Assembly: GCF_055900595.2 (NCBI RefSeq)
Contig: NZ_CM148325.1
DNA length: 64,000 nucleotides
Reading direction: 5' to 3' (one strand)
Position numbers and translations under genes: made by a program
The notes under the pieces: generated by a model
Databases searched by the model: none
What the model was told of the DNA's origin: nothing
Seen by the model: only the letters and a program-made list of their open reading frames with translations
Shown: positions 63,835-64,000 of the stretch, piece by piece
Numbering within the stretch: the first letter of the stretch is position 1
How the letters are laid out: each line of letters starts with the position of its first letter

Positions 63835-64000
63835 TCAACGAGTATTGGCGATAACCAGTACAACATCGCCAGCCATACGATAAATCCGCCAGTTAATAAT
63901 ACCCCTACACCACGGCCCGGTTGCGGGGAGCGCCGCCAGCACAGCAACGCAAAAATAATGCTCACCAGCAACATCACGCTGTAGTCACGACTGTACGCCA
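63835..64000 (-). CDS. yrbG: 3' end of yrbG (putative Ca2+/Na+ antiporter family membrane protein); 5' part lies beyond the window
   Basis: The minus-strand frame is open to the window edge and gives a hydrophobic C-terminus, ...AYSRDYSVMLLVSHYFCVAVLAALPATGPWCRGIINWRIYRMAGDVVLVIANTR*. Assigned by position upstream of kdsD. Confidence 0.55.

Overview
The window reads as an Escherichia coli chromosomal segment, in reverse orientation relative to the K-12 map as I remember it. It runs accC-accB, acuI, csrD, mreBCD-yhdE-rng, yhdP, tldD, aaeRXAB, yhcO/yhcN, argR, mdh, degS/degQ, zapG/zapE, rplM-rpsI, sspAB, dcuD, nanR, nanATEK-yhcH, yhcG, gltDB, yhcC, arcB (with the convergent sRNA ArcZ), elbB-mtgA, yrbL, then npr-rapZ-ptsN-hpf-rpoN-lptBAC-kdsCD and the 3' end of yrbG. 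Almost all of it is ordinary core genome; after trimming six-frame ORFs to the recognisable start codon, protein lengths match the K-12 proteins as I recall them. Four things depart from that backbone. (1) Positions 1-3666 carry an AT-rich sugar ABC transporter / PfkB kinase / mutarotase-like operon where I expected yhdT-panF; this is the best candidate for an uncharacterised system, though its substrate cannot be read from sequence. (2) A complete 1329-bp IS10 with perfect 9-bp target-site duplications sits 12 bp upstream of the nanA start codon, between the NanR operator and the nanA ribosome-binding site. (3) Four copies of a hairpin-forming palindrome (core CAGAC-N3-GTCTG) occur in and just downstream of yhcG. 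(4) yhcG lies 183 bp from gltD, with no gltF or yhcADEF fimbrial genes between them. No tRNA, rRNA, CRISPR array or prophage was seen. All identifications are from reading the sequence and translations against memory; no database search was run.
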